Part shown: one piece after another, positions 14,009-27,101 of the stretch
Layout of the letters: the number at the start of each line of letters is the position of its first letter
How positions within the stretch are numbered: the first letter of the stretch is position 1
Source of the DNA: the human T2T-CHM13v2.0 reference genome, Homo sapiens
Strand: one strand, 5' to 3'
NCBI RefSeq assembly: GCF_009914755.1
Contig: NC_060928.1
Length of the DNA: 64,000 nt
Position numbers and translations under genes: made by a program
Notes under the pieces: model-generated
What the model was told of the DNA's origin: nothing
Seen by the model: the letters and a program-made list of their open reading frames with translations, nothing else
The model's database searches: none

Positions 14009-14400
14009 AAGTGTAAAAAGGACCAAGATAGTTGTACAGAGAATGGTAGTTACAGAATTTTTGGAGGTAGTTTCACGATGATGTTTGAAACGCACTCTGA
14101 ATCTGTGAAAGCTAGATAAGTCCTAAACAAAATAATATTAGTAGGGAATGGGCTCATTAAAGTAGGGAAAACAACATTAGCAAAGTGAAAGCACTAAGAA
14201 AAGTAGATTTATGCTATAAAAAGCAACAAATCTAGCTAAAACATTGGTTATTACAGGAAATTTGTAAACGATCAGACTAAAAAAGTAGCTTCAACACGTG
14301 GAGGGACTGAAAAATCAGGCATAGATTAAACATGGCCTATGGATTGCACATTTGAAAAAACTAGTTGAAAGCAGCCTATAAGAAATGTTCATTTGATCAA

Positions 14401-15190
14401 TGTGATGGTTAATTTTATATGTGCTGAATATTTGTGTCCCCCCAAATTCATATGTTGAAATCTAATTCCCCATGTAATGGCATTTAGAGGGAGGCTCTTT
14501 GGGAGGTGATTAGGTCATGAGGATGGATCCCTCATCAATGGGATTAGTGCCCTTATAAAACGGGCCCTAGAGAGCTCCCTTACTTTCTTGCCCCACATAA
14601 GGTTACAGCAAGAAGACAGCTGCCTATGAAACAGGAAGCAGGCCCTCGTCAGACAACTGAAACAGCAGGCACCTTGATCTTGGACTTCCCAACCTCCAGA
14701 ACCGTGAGGAATAAATTTCTGTAGGGTATAAGCTACCCAGCATCATCTATTTTTGTTACAGCAGCCTGAACAGACTAAGACAATGTGTCAACTTGACTAG
14801 GACGTGGAGTGTCCAGATATTTGGTCAAATATTATTCTGTGTGTTTCTGTGGAGTTGTTTTTAGATGAAATCAACATTTATATCAGTAGAGTAGACTCAG
14901 TAAAGCAGATTACCCTAAAAAGTGTAGGTGGGCCTCATCCAATCAGTGGAAGGCCTCAATAAAACAAAAAGGCTGACTCTCCTCCAAGCAAGAGAATTTC
15001 AACTATCATCAAGCAAGGAATTTGGCTTTTCATGCCCTCAGACTCAAATTCAGGTCTTTCTGTGTCTCAAGCCTGCCTGCCTTTGGACTGAAACTACACC
15101 ATCATTTCTCCTGGCTCTCATGCCTTTAAATATGAACTAGAATTACATGTGGGCTCTCCCAGTTCTTCTTCCTGACTCACCTGCACATAA
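14401..15190 (+). mobile_element. ERVL MLT2 LTR interrupted by an MLT1A LTR
   Basis: tgtgatggttaattttat [insert] atgtgtcaacttgactagg...ccagatatttggtcaaatattattctg...ggtgggcctcatccaatcagt. Confidence 0.85.
14422..14782 (+). mobile_element. MLT1A-like LTR nested in MLT2
   Basis: tgtgtccccccaaattcatatgttgaaat...gcagcctgaacagactaagaca; flanked by ATATG/ATGTG. Confidence 0.87.
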
Positions 15191-15630
15191 TCCTTCAATG
15201 TCAACAATTTTTAATTCTATGATTGTTTTCACTTAAGTAATCTGAAAGTAGTTCTGATAAAGATAAATCATTTGAAAAAATTGTTGAGCACTTATGAGCT
15301 CTTAGGACTTGAGCACATAAGGTGAAGCAATTAGGACTAAGTATAACATAATGCAATAAAATACAGTACCTATTCCTAAAGAGTTTACAGTATTCCTAAA
15401 GAGTGGAAATAGCCATTAATCAACCACCAAAGAAATAAAAATAACTTGATGAATGTGACGACAAAGAGCAGCACAGTACTACTGAAGTATATAATAGAAA
15501 ACTGACCTAGTCTAGAGTTCAAATAGGAGAAACCTAGTAAAGAGAAAATGTGTCTGTGTGTGCATGCACATGTGTGCCTATGCCTGTGTGCATGCATGTA
15601 CACACATATTTGAAAGAGGTAGAATAAAGG

Positions 15631-15960
15631 AGATATGGTTTGGTTGTGTCCCCATCCAAATCTCATTTTGAATTCCCACATGTTGTGGGAGGTAACTCAT
15701 AGGGGCAGGTCTTTTCTGTGCTGTTCCTGTGATAGTGACTAAGTCTTACAAGATTTGATGGTTTGAAAAATGGGGGTTTCCCTGCACAACCTCTCTCTCT
15801 TTGCCTGCCACCATCCATGTAGGACGTGACTTGCTCCTCCTTGCCTTCCATCATGATTGTGAGGCCTCCCCAGCCATGAGGAACTGTAAGTCAACTAAAC
15901 CTCTTTTTTTTCCCAGTCTCTGGTACATCTTTATCAGCAGCATAAAAACAGACTAATACA
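15631..15960 (+). mobile_element. THE1A-like solo LTR with perfect TSD (AAAGG)
   Basis: gatatggtttggttgtgtcccc...tgaattcccacatgttgtgggagg...cagactaataca; AAAGG at 15626-15630 and 15961-15965. Confidence 0.93.
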
Positions 15961-16929
15961 AAAGGAAAGGAACTCGCACATTTAATAGCTGAGTAAAAGA
16001 ATATAAGCTATAAAGGCGAAAGAAAAAAAAAGTGACTCAGAGGATAGGTGGTTTCAGGAAGCCAAAGAAGGGTGAGTTGAAAGATGGAGGTAGCTGTCCA
16101 CAACACCTAATGTTGCCTTGGAGTCTGAGAGTAAAAGGAAATCTGAAAAGCATCAAGTGGCTTCATAATGAGGGCAGAACTAGTGACCTGAGAGAGAACA
16201 AACAGAAGGCCAGAGGGAAGCAGAAACCAGGTTAGTGTGGGTGGCAGAGAACGTTGGAGGTAAGAAAATGAAGACACAGCATACAGACAATTGAAGGAAG
16301 GAGAGGATAAAGATCAAATGGAGAGAAGGGATAACCTACAAGGTAAGTGTTCATCAGAAAGAGAAACAGGTAGGAGATTTGTTCTTAAGAAAGAGAAGGG
16401 GATATTTCTCTATTTTAGGAAAAAAGAATGAGAAAGTGTGCATTTGTAAGGCAGTGTGAATGTTGATGTCAGAAGTTCAGGAATATATACGTATTGTTTA
16501 TTATCATCTTTCCTAATATTCCAAAAAATAGAAAAATATATCTTTTATAATATCTTTTTAATTTTAATATATTTCCAAACATTAACAAAGGCTATTACAT
16601 CTCTTCTTGGTCTTTTTACTAAGATCAAGTATAAAACAGGATACTTGTATTCTTCTATAGAAACATCCTCTTAAGCACTGAGAGTGCCCTCAATTCCAAA
16701 TGACTTTTAACCCATGATTTCTCCTGTAAGACTTACAGTTAGATACTTTATTAGCTTTGGTGTTAGATCAACTGTAAACATCACCACAACTCATATATTT
16801 AAAAGGTACTTAAAGCACATATTTATCATTGCTGTAAAATGTACAAGTATTCATCTGAATCTTCTAGATAAAAATTGATTATTATGCTCATCATCTCTAA
16901 CTGGGGGAATCTAGATACCAAAACTGCAT

Positions 16930-17130
16930 GTTAGACTGGCTAGGGTGAAAAGCTCTTTGTTCCACCACTTTCAAGCTCTATATACTTGGGTTCAGTTTTT
17001 TCATCAGCAAAATGGGAATATTACTACTACTTTAGGGGGGGTTGTTAGAATTAAATAAGACAATATATCTAAAGTGTTAAGCATAGTGCCAATTACTATT
17101 AGTCACAATGACTATTTTTATCATTATTAT
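16930..17130 (+). mobile_element. MIR
   Basis: ttcagttttttcatcagcaaaatgggaata...gttgttagaattaaataagacaatatatctaaagtgttaagcatagtgcc. Confidence 0.75.
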
Positions 17131-18906
17131 TAATAAACCCAATATAAAGGGCTATGTGCCACAAGATTTATATAGAGTGAAAGTCAAATGTTCTGAGGCT
17201 ATTCTACCCACCTGCCTATCAAATTCACCATGCTCTGGAGGTGACTTCCAGCACCATCTCCACCAATCTACCACCAACATGCTCAGGAATTGCCATGCCT
17301 GACTGTCAGTCCAATACTAAGTCTAAAAGGACAGGATACTACAACTACCTGATTATTATAAGGCTAGTGATACTGTTATAAGGCTAGATTTCCTGAAGGA
17401 TATATTTAATCTCTGAGGTGCCTGCTGATGCAAAATTTCAATAATTTGATACATTTGTATGATGCATCAAAGTGACTCCATTTGAAATCTCATTTCATAA
17501 GCATGGATAATAAAAGTTTTTTATGTTTTTTCTGTTTTGTTTTTACTTATTGACTGACTTTCTAGAAGTAAAACATTATCATAGAGTTTCCCTATGGGTT
17601 CTAGATTATGTCAACAGAATTAAAAGTCATCAACTTTATTCAATAGCAAGGTGCAAAGTATTTCAAAGGATTGTGATATTAATCTTTTACATACAACTTA
17701 CACTTTTACATACAACATAACATTATTCCAACCAATGTCATGTTGCATGTGAAATATTTGAAACCAAGCAGGTTATACTTACAAAAGTTTAATATAAAAA
17801 TATAAATGTTCGATAATGAGCATTTTAAATTTGATAAAGTAAAAAACAAGCTACATAGATGCATGCTATATTCCAAAGTCCAGAAATGGGCATGGAATTA
17901 ATTAAGTCACTGAGGGAAAGTTCTCAAAAGCCTAGTTGAGTTTACATTCTACTGCTTGGAGAAGTGTAGGGTTAACTCACAGCAAGAATGACTATGCCCC
18001 TTTTTGTTCCTGTCTACTGTCTGCAAAACTAATAAAACAGACATGTGTAAACCACCATAAAGTGTATACAGCCATATCTCAAAGGACTTAATTAACCACA
18101 GGAAAAGGAACCAGAAAATGACTCTGTTTTAATCTCTGTCCACTGAGGTGAATTAAATAATATAACCATTAAGTACCAACTTACGAACTCATAGACACAC
18201 TAGTCAAATGATTACCCATTTAATTAAGTATAATAAGACAGTATGTATAGTTTTGACATAAACTAACCATGATAATGATTCTTATATCTACTTTCTAGAC
18301 TTCTGTTAAACAAAGCTCCATGTGAAAGGAAAGCCCATACTCCAATTTTACAACCCCTCTTCCATTCAGCCTCTGTACCTTCCTCATGCAGTAAAGTACC
18401 ATAGACAATAGCCTACAACTCTGCTAGTAATCTTCCTTTTTCCTTTCCTCAAGCTGTCTTTTTTTGGGGAATAAGATAAAGCTTTTTATTTTATTACTTA
18501 TTTATCTTGACACATAATTGTACATATTCATGGGGTACCTAGTGATGTTACAATACATATCATGTATAGTGATCAGATCAAGATAATCAGCATATCCATC
18601 ATCTCAAACATGTATCATTTCTTTGTGTTGGGAACATTCAATGTCTTCCTTCTAGCTTTTTGAAACTATATATTATTGTTAACTATAGTCATCCTACAGC
18701 GGTATAGAATAGCAGTGCCCAACCTTTTTGGCACCAGGAACAGGTTTTGTGGAAGACAGTTTTTCCATGGACAGGGATGGGGCTGGGGATGGTTTTGGGA
18801 TAAAACTGTTCCACCTCAGATCACCAGGCATTAGCTAGATTCTCATAAGGAACACACAACCTAGATCCCTGGCATGCACAGTTTACAACAGGTTTTGCAC
18901 TCCTAT

Positions 18907-21072
18907 TATTATGGGATCTTTGGGGTGTTGCTTTTCTGGCTGGAAACCTCTGTGGCCAGTCGTGCCTTTGCCCAAATTTTTGCTTCAGCCCACTGAGCTC
19001 ATTCTGCTCACTCGACCTGGCAGGCTGTGTTCAGCTCACACTAATGGCCTGGATTCCACACCTGCCAAGGGAGACTGCATGGAGCGGCAAGGGGTGTGAG
19101 AGTGAGTGTGGGGTCTGGCCAATGCACAGTCAGATATGCCGGCTGCTGCAGAAGGGTGGGCAGCTCCAGGTGCCAGCACAGGTGCCAGCTCTCTGCCAGG
19201 CTGCAGCTGGGACAGGCACACCGCAAGTAGCTTCCACAGCTGACACCAGGGAACACAGTGGCATCCAGAAGCTCGGAGACACCAGGAACTGCAGCACCCC
19301 AAAGAAGGAGTCACAGCCCTGGCTTGGGGAGCTCCCAGGTCTGGGATCCCTGAAAGGCTGCAGCTCTTCTCTCCTTCTCTTCACTCGCAATGTGGCAAGC
19401 AAGGAGCAGGTCTCAGTCTTGTCTGTGTTACAGCTCTTTTAGCCTCGCCATTCGGCGGGTCCCAAATTCTTGTCCTGTGACCAGGAAAAATGAGGTATAC
19501 AAACAAGTAGAAGGTAAGCAAGATGAAGAGGAACTTCATTGAGCAACAGAACAGCTCAGAGGAAACCTGCAGGTTTTCTTTCCACAGGCAGGGTATACCA
19601 ATGAGCATTCAGGCTGCTAGCAGAGAAGGTAACTCCTCTCTCTAGGCAAGTCATCACAATAAGCATTCAGTTCTCAGCAGAGAGGGTAGCTCCTCTCTGC
19701 AGCTGGTCATTCCATCATCTGCTCTGCTCTGGCTGAGCCTGAGGCTTTTACAGGCCTCGGAGGGGAGGAAGTGTGCATTCTTTGGTTCACAGGCAGTCAT
19801 GGGCAGGCCCAGAAAAGGCACCACAAGTTCCCATTCTGGTCGACCGGACTGTCAGCCTGGCCCCCAGCCTTCAGGCAATCCCTAGCCTGAAGGTGGGGCC
19901 TCACCGGGTACCTGCCCCCTTTTGCCCAGGAGCCTATCTGCCTCCTGCCACCCTCCATGGAGCCCAGGTGCTTGTGCCAAGGGGCACCTGCAGGCCACAC
20001 TGAGCTGCCCTCAGCTCTGCATCGGTTTCCAACCCCCCCACACTCATTGGTGCCCAAGTCTGGAGCGGGGGAGCTGAGGCAGCGGGGAGCTGAGGCAGCA
20101 GGCAGCTGGTGTGTCAGCACTGCCCCAGGTGTATGCACCCCCAGCCAGGCTGTGACAGCAACCGGGCTCAGCCCCACATTGCTCTGAGATCAGAGTAGGC
20201 GCTGACAGCTGGGAGAAGCCAGGGAGCGGGAGCAGGCATTTCAGAGCCTGCAAGCAGCACAGGGAGGCCTGGGTCCACAGCGCCAACTTGGGTAGCTGAA
20301 GCCGCATCTGGGAGGGTGCGGCTGCTACCTGCTCCTGGCTCCCACTGGCTCCATGGAGCATGCAGTCCTGGCTGTGCCCCTTCACACCCTGGGGCAGGGC
20401 TCCAGGTTCTCGCCGGGCTGGGGCCAGCATTTGGGGTAAGAGTGACATTGACACAAGCTCTCCCCATTGGCCCTGTGCTCAGGGACAGCCTGGGGCTCCC
20501 CGTCATTTGGCTCAGGGCCCTGCCTGGGGAGGGGCTCCTCTGGGAGTGGATCACGGGCCCCAGGCCCAGCCGTTGGGAATGTCAGGCTTGGCAGTCACCC
20601 CAATGCAGGGTGGACCCCATGGACATGGCCCTGGGCAGCCCCACGCAGAGCCTCCTCCCAAGGCATAGGAACCCAGCACCCTCAGCAGGGTGGGTACAGT
20701 GACTGCATGGCTGGCCGGGTCCTCAAAGCAAGCACTGCTCCCAATTCCCACCTCAGGCCCCAAAAGTGTGGCCCCAGCTCCGTGACCCAGGCCCAGCCCC
20801 TTCCCCCCATGGGCAAGCACAGCACCACTCCAGGCCCAGCTTCATCTCAGGGCCCCTCTCTGCCCAACCTGGGACCGCAATATGGGGCCCCTCTGTCCAT
20901 CACAGGTCACGACTCTGCCCACGATAGGCCTGACAGGCGACCCAGCCCGGACACATCATGGTGGCCCCTAGGGCGGCAGGCTGCAGGGGGCTATCTGCCT
21001 CCTCCCCATACCCTCCCTGCAGTGGCTGGCATGATGGCAGCGGCCACTCGAGACAGCCCTCCACTGCCATCA
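18907..21072 (-). mobile_element. MER52 (ERV1) solo LTR, 2166 bp, MER52D-sized, 4-bp TSD CTAT
   Basis: Minus strand starts TGATGGCAGTGG...GGCCGCTGCCATCA and ends ...GATCCCATAATA. GC-rich. CTAT at 18903-18906 and 21073-21076. Confidence 0.9.
19439..19474 (-). CDS. PRDM5: Alternative PRDM5 terminal exon, coding part (DKNLGPAEWRG-stop), inside a MER52 LTR
   Basis: Strong acceptor cctcttcatcttgcttaccttctacttgtttgtatacctcatttttcctggtcacag|GAC AAG AAT TTG GGA CCC GCC GAA TGG CGA GGC TAA, in frame with exon 3. I recall a short 111-aa PRDM5 isoform with this C-terminus (unverified memory). Confidence 0.8.
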   Translation of the reverse strand, partial: DKNLGPAEWRG

Positions 21073-23249
21073 CTATAAGAAACTAATGCCACTGCTGCTC
21101 GGACAGGAGGCAGAGCTCAGGCAGTAATTCTCGCTCACCCATGGCTCACCTCCAGCTGTGCAGCCAGGTATGGGTCTACGGCACAGGGGTTGGGGACCCC
21201 AGTGAAAAAGTCTAGAACTTATTCCTCCTATCTTGCTGTAATTTTGTATCCTTTAACAAATCTCTACCTATCCTTGTGTTTTTTAAATCATGTGAGATTT
21301 CTACGGTGACTAAGACTCAATCAAGGATGATTAGATTAGGGTCTAAGGTAACATTTTCCTAGATTTTGTGACATAGTAGACTTCTCAAAATTATCAGAGT
21401 GAAATATACTTGGCTTAATACAGTATAACTTTGTTATACAAATTACATTGAGTACAGTATATAAAGTACAAGGTAATTTTTATACCTTCTTTTGAGTAGT
21501 GAATTCAGTGATAGAATGCAGAACTTCACATTTTACTTCGTATTGCTCAACAGTGGCTGAACCTTTTATGACAGTCTATTCAGGCACTGGATGTAGTACA
21601 GTCTTCTTTGAATAGAAATTTCCCTAGACTACTCAACTTCCATTGATAAAGACCTACATGTGGCTAATTCTACTGTTTTGTGTTGTATCCATTACATTTA
21701 CTTCACTTTGTAATTTGTTTATTGACTTCTTTAATGCCAACCATTAAAAAATAGTTTAAAACTTACCATAAAACATATTTCCAATTTTGAAACACAAAAA
21801 CAAAGTCATTTCCTTCTTTATGTTCATACACCAAAAATCTTGCCTGGCAACAAGTAGTATATGTGCTTATTCTGGGTGTCTAAATTTTAGTTTTAACACT
21901 TCAAAAATACACACCACACACCCACGCACTCACACGTACATGGTTGTTAGTTTAATTTCCTCCTCTGGTAAGTGAGCTTTCATGTTGTTTGCTTGGCTCC
22001 ATATATAACAAATGTTTCATTATATTTTCTAGTGACTAAAACATTCCTAAGATTCTTCTTTTTAATTTCTAACATACCTCCTAAATCTTGTAATGATATA
22101 GCCCAGTTCCAGTATATTTAGTGCAATATTGATTAATTCTCAAATACTAATCTTTCATTACTACATTTGTTACGTATGATTTGAAAGCACACTACCACTT
22201 CATAGTAAATACTTCTTTTCTCAGTAGCCTTAGCTATTTCATTATTCTATATCCTAGTTTTCTGAGTGAGTCCAGACTGAACTCTCTGGTTGTTAATCAA
22301 CAGAGTATCTGAATTAAAGGTTCTGCTTGTCTGTGGTTATATCTGTAAAAAGACTTTTGACATTAACGATGAGGTGCTGTTGGCTGCACGGCAGTCTGGC
22401 TAAGATAAAACTACTTAGCAGTAGACTGAAATGTGTACACACATACAAGTACATACTCAGCACTCACAGAGTAAAAATGTGACACTTTGCCAGACCAAAT
22501 ACTCGCATGCACATATATTTCAGGCCAGAGTTCAAGTGGAAGCATTTGCTTTCTGTTATTTTAAAGGAAACAGATGTAAGCCTTTTCCCAAGTGACAAGG
22601 TACATTCAACTAGGTGTACCACATCAGGAAAGAGGCAGAAGAGCTGCCAAAGGAGGCCAGTTCAACAAGCACTTACTGAGCCCCCACTAGACGAAATGAA
22701 CACTGGGAAACAAACATAACTGACACAAATGCCACTCTTGAGAAATTCAGCCTAGTGATAGAGATGACAACATAAATAAATAGTTTATCTAAGTGTCATC
22801 ATGATATTAAGTATTTTGGATTTCAATTCTAGGAGTCTTGGGAATATTTCAAATTAACTATTTTTAAAATGTTTTAAATTTTAAAATTTTTAAATTAAAC
22901 ACTATAATTTAATCTAAATATGAAATGTAAGATTTGCCACTTTCCCCCCATGACAGCTTCACAGAATTTCTATTTTCAATTCTACTTCACACTTTCACTA
23001 TCACCAATCCTATTACAACCAAAAGCCCCAAATCAATGAGGGAACAAACATTCTTCAGCCCTCTAGCCTTCTTTTGGTTAATGTTACAGAGGTAGGCTTT
23101 GTTAGGTCACTAAATATGGAAAGAATATATGAGCCCCATAAGGCTATAATTTCTAGGGACACAACTTTCTAATATCCAGCATTACCCAATCTGCAAAAAC
23201 ATCTGAGAGCAGGCAAAATTCAGAGGATTTCTGTAAGAAACAATCAGTC

Positions 23250-23566
<317 letters not shown>

Positions 23567-23589
23567 TGCCAATGTCCTGCACAAGACTA

Positions 23590-23925
<336 letters not shown>

Positions 23926-24495
23926 GAATCAGCCTGCACAAAACTTTCTTCTTTAAAAAAGCTGAAAAGTGGTTTGGCACAAACATATAGGCATAATGAT
24001 TTTAATCTTATCCCTAGGGTCACCAAGCCACTATATCTAATAAAGATCTCAGCACACAGTACAGTAAGACTTCTTCCCCACAGGGCATTTCTTGTGTCTA
24101 TAAAGTCTTTATCTTTCCAAAGAGAAGAATGGCCACAGAGCACAGCAAGCACAATGTCATCCACAGTAAATACTACTCAAGTGGCCTAAGAGGATGCTTC
24201 GTGCACCTAAACACAGAGGAGCTCAGTAGCAGGGTGCATAGGCCGCTGCGGCCACTGTGGGGCAGGCTCACTAGGATTCAGTCACTCCACACAGCAGGTT
24301 GTCTCTTGAGTAGTGGATAATTACTGAGAAGTCTTCTACATGCACAGAATTATACTAGATACTCTGGGAAAGCTTTATAAGAAATAAAACAGATTTTACT
24401 TTGTTTCATATACAGACGATATTATAAAGACAAAAACTACAAACCTGGCAAGGGGTGGTGATAATGAAAATTTAAGCTTACTATATCAGCACTTA

Positions 24496-26874
24496 CAGGC
24501 GTACTTTGTTTACTTGCACTTTGCTTTATTGTGCTTCATAGACATTGCATATTTTACAAATTGAAGGACTACGGCAACTCTACATCGAGCTAGTTTCTTA
24601 GAGCCATTTCTCCAACACCATGTGCTTACTTCATGCCTCTGCTACTTTTTGCAATATTTCTAACCTTTTTATTATTATTGTGTCTGTTAGGATAACCTGT
24701 GATCAAGGGTCTTTGGTGTTACTATTGTAATTGTTTAGGGGGCCACCATAAACCATACGTATATAGTGGCAAGCTTAACTGATAGTGTGTTCTGACTGCT
24801 CTACCAGTAGCCCTTCCCCCATCTCTCTCTCTCTCCTCAGACCTCCCTATTCCCTGAGACACAACAATACTGAAATGAGGTCAATTAATAACCCTACAAT
24901 GGCCTGTAAGTATTCAAGTGAAAGAAACAGTCACACGTCTCTCACTTTAAATCAAAAGCTAGAAATGACTAAGCTTATGAGGAAGGCATGTCAAAAGCTG
25001 AGACAGGCTGAAAGCTAGGCCACTTGGGCCAAACAGCCAAGTTATAAATGCAGAGGAAAAGTTCTTGAAAGAAATTAAAAGTGCTACTCCAGTGAACACA
25101 CAAATGATAAGGAAAGTGAAACAATCTTATTGCTGATATGGAGAAAGTTTGAGTGGTCTGGATAGAAGATCAAACCAGCCACAACATTCTCTTAAGCCAA
25201 AGCCCAAACCAGAGCAACTCCCTAATTCTATTCAATTCTGTGAAGGCTGAGAGAGACAAGGAAGCTGCAGAAGAAAGGCTGGATGCTAGCAGAATTATGA
25301 GGTCTAAGGAAAGAAGCCATCTCTATAACACAAAAGTACAAGGTGAAGCAGCAAGAGCTGATGGAGAAGCTGCAGCAAGTTATCCAGAAGATCTATCTAA
25401 GATATTAATAATTAAGAAAACTGGCTACACTAAACAACAGATTTTCAATGTACAAGAAATAGTTCTATTGGAAGAAGATACCATCTAGAATTTTCATGGC
25501 GAGAGAGGAGAAGTGACACCTGGATTCAAAGCTTCAAAGGACAGGCTGACTATCTTGTTAGAGTCTAATGCTGCAGGTGACTTTACATTGAAGCCAATGC
25601 TCATTTACCATTCAGAAAATCCTAGGGCCCTTAATAATTGTGCTAAATCTACTCTGCCTACGTTTTATCGATGGAATAACCAAGCCTGGATGATGGCACT
25701 GTCATCTGTTTACTGCATAGTCTACTGAATATTTTAAGCCCACTTCTGAAAACTACTGCTCATTTGAGAAATTCCTTTCAAAATAACACTGCCATTGACA
25801 AGGCACCTGGTCACCCAAGAGCTCTGATGGAGTGTTCAAGAAGATGAATGTTTTAATTCCTGCTAAGACAACATCCATTCTGCAGCCCATGGATCAAGGA
25901 TAAATTTCGACTTTCAAATATTATTTCTGAAACACACTTCATAAGGCTATTGCTGTCACAGTGATTCCTCTGGTAGACCTGAGCAAAGTAAATTGAAAAC
26001 CTTCTGGAAAGGATTGACATTCTAAATGCCATTAAGAACATGTGTGATTCATGAGATGAGAGCAAAATATCAACATGAACAGAAGTTTAGAAGTCAATTC
26101 CAACCCTCATGGATGACTTTGAGGTGTTCAAAACTTCAGGAGAAGTAACTGCAGATGTGATGGAAATACCAAGAAAACTAACTAGACTTAGAAGTGAGAC
26201 CTGAAGATGTGAAGTGAGGCCTGAAGATGTGACTAAATTGATGTAATCTCATGATAAAACTTGTATAGATGAGGAGTTGCTCCTTACAGATGAACAAAGA
26301 AAGTAGTTTCCTTCGATAGAATCTACTCCTGGTGAAGATGCTGTGAACATTGTTGAAATGACAGCAAAGAATTTCAAATATGACATAAACTTATCTGATA
26401 AAGCAACAGCAGGGTTTGAGAAGACTGACTCCAATTTTTAAAGTTCTACTGTGGATAAAATGCTATCAAAAAGCAAAGCATGCTACACAGAAACCTTTTG
26501 TGAAAGGAAAAGTCAATTGATGCAGCAAACTTCATTGTTGTCTTATTTAAGAAATTACCACAGCCACCCTAGCCTTCAGCAACCACCACCCTGATCAATC
26601 AGCAGCCATCAACATCAGGGTGAGACACTTCACCAGCAAAAAGATTCTAACTCATTGAAGGCTCAGATAATCATTAACACATTTTAGCAATAAAGTATTC
26701 TTTAAAGATATGTGTATTTTTTAGACATAATGCTACTGTACACTTAATAGACAACAGTATAGTATAAATATAACGTTTACATGCACTGTGAAACCAAAGA
26801 TGGTATGGTGTTTTACTGAGATACTCACTTTCTTGGAGTGGACTGGAATGAAACCCAGAGCATCCCCAGGTGTG
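24496..26874 (+). mobile_element. Near full-length Tigger1 DNA transposon with disrupted transposase
   Basis: TA|caggcgtactttg...ccccaggtgtg|TA, ~2.38 kb. ORF fragments [77 protein letters not shown] are Tigger1/TIGD1-type transposase. Confidence 0.95.
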
Positions 26875-26989
26875 TAGAGGCTAAGTGTTTTGCATATATT
26901 ATCTCATTTAATTTAGTCCTCACAAAAATCCAATAAAGTAAGCATTATTACAATCAACTCATAAAGAAGAGCAGTTTTAAAGGTTATTT

Positions 26990-27101
26990 TTACTGCTATG
27001 AAGGCAAGAGCTAGATCATCTTTTTAGTCATAGTATCTCCAGTGCTCAGCATTGGGCCTGGTACGTAGCAGATGCTCCATAGCTATGGGTTGAATGAATG
27101 A
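26990..27101 (+). mobile_element. L2 3' end inserted in a minus-strand MIR (MIR pieces ~24460-24495, 26877-26985, 27102-27190)
   Basis: gtatctccagtgctcagca...cctggtacgtagcagatgctc...gttgaatgaatga, followed by MIR gttaagtaacttgctcag. Confidence 0.75.

Larger units (their letters stand above)
18710..21202 (-). mobile_element. MER1B hAT-Charlie MITE split by a MER52 LTR (pieces 18710-18906 and 21073-21202)
   Basis: cccaacctttttggcaccagg...ctgttccacctcagatca...ctcctat // aagaaactaatgcc...ggggttggggacccc. Confidence 0.88.
18484..21270 (-). mobile_element. L1MA 3' end split into 18484-18709 and ~21203-21270 by nested MER1B/MER52
   Basis: acataattgtacatattcatggggtac...aactatagtcatcctacagcggtataga // ctagaacttattcctcctatc...ttttgtatcctttaacaaatctc. 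Confidence 0.85.

Noticed and set aside
18911-21078. Dense cluster of overlapping ORFs up to 203 aa on both strands
   Set aside because: They lie in the GC-rich MER52 LTR, where stop codons are scarce. P/G/A/S-rich with no recognisable domain.
24785-25728. Transposase ORFs as an active or domesticated TIGD gene
   Set aside because: Split across frames by multiple frameshifts and stops; a fossil Tigger1.
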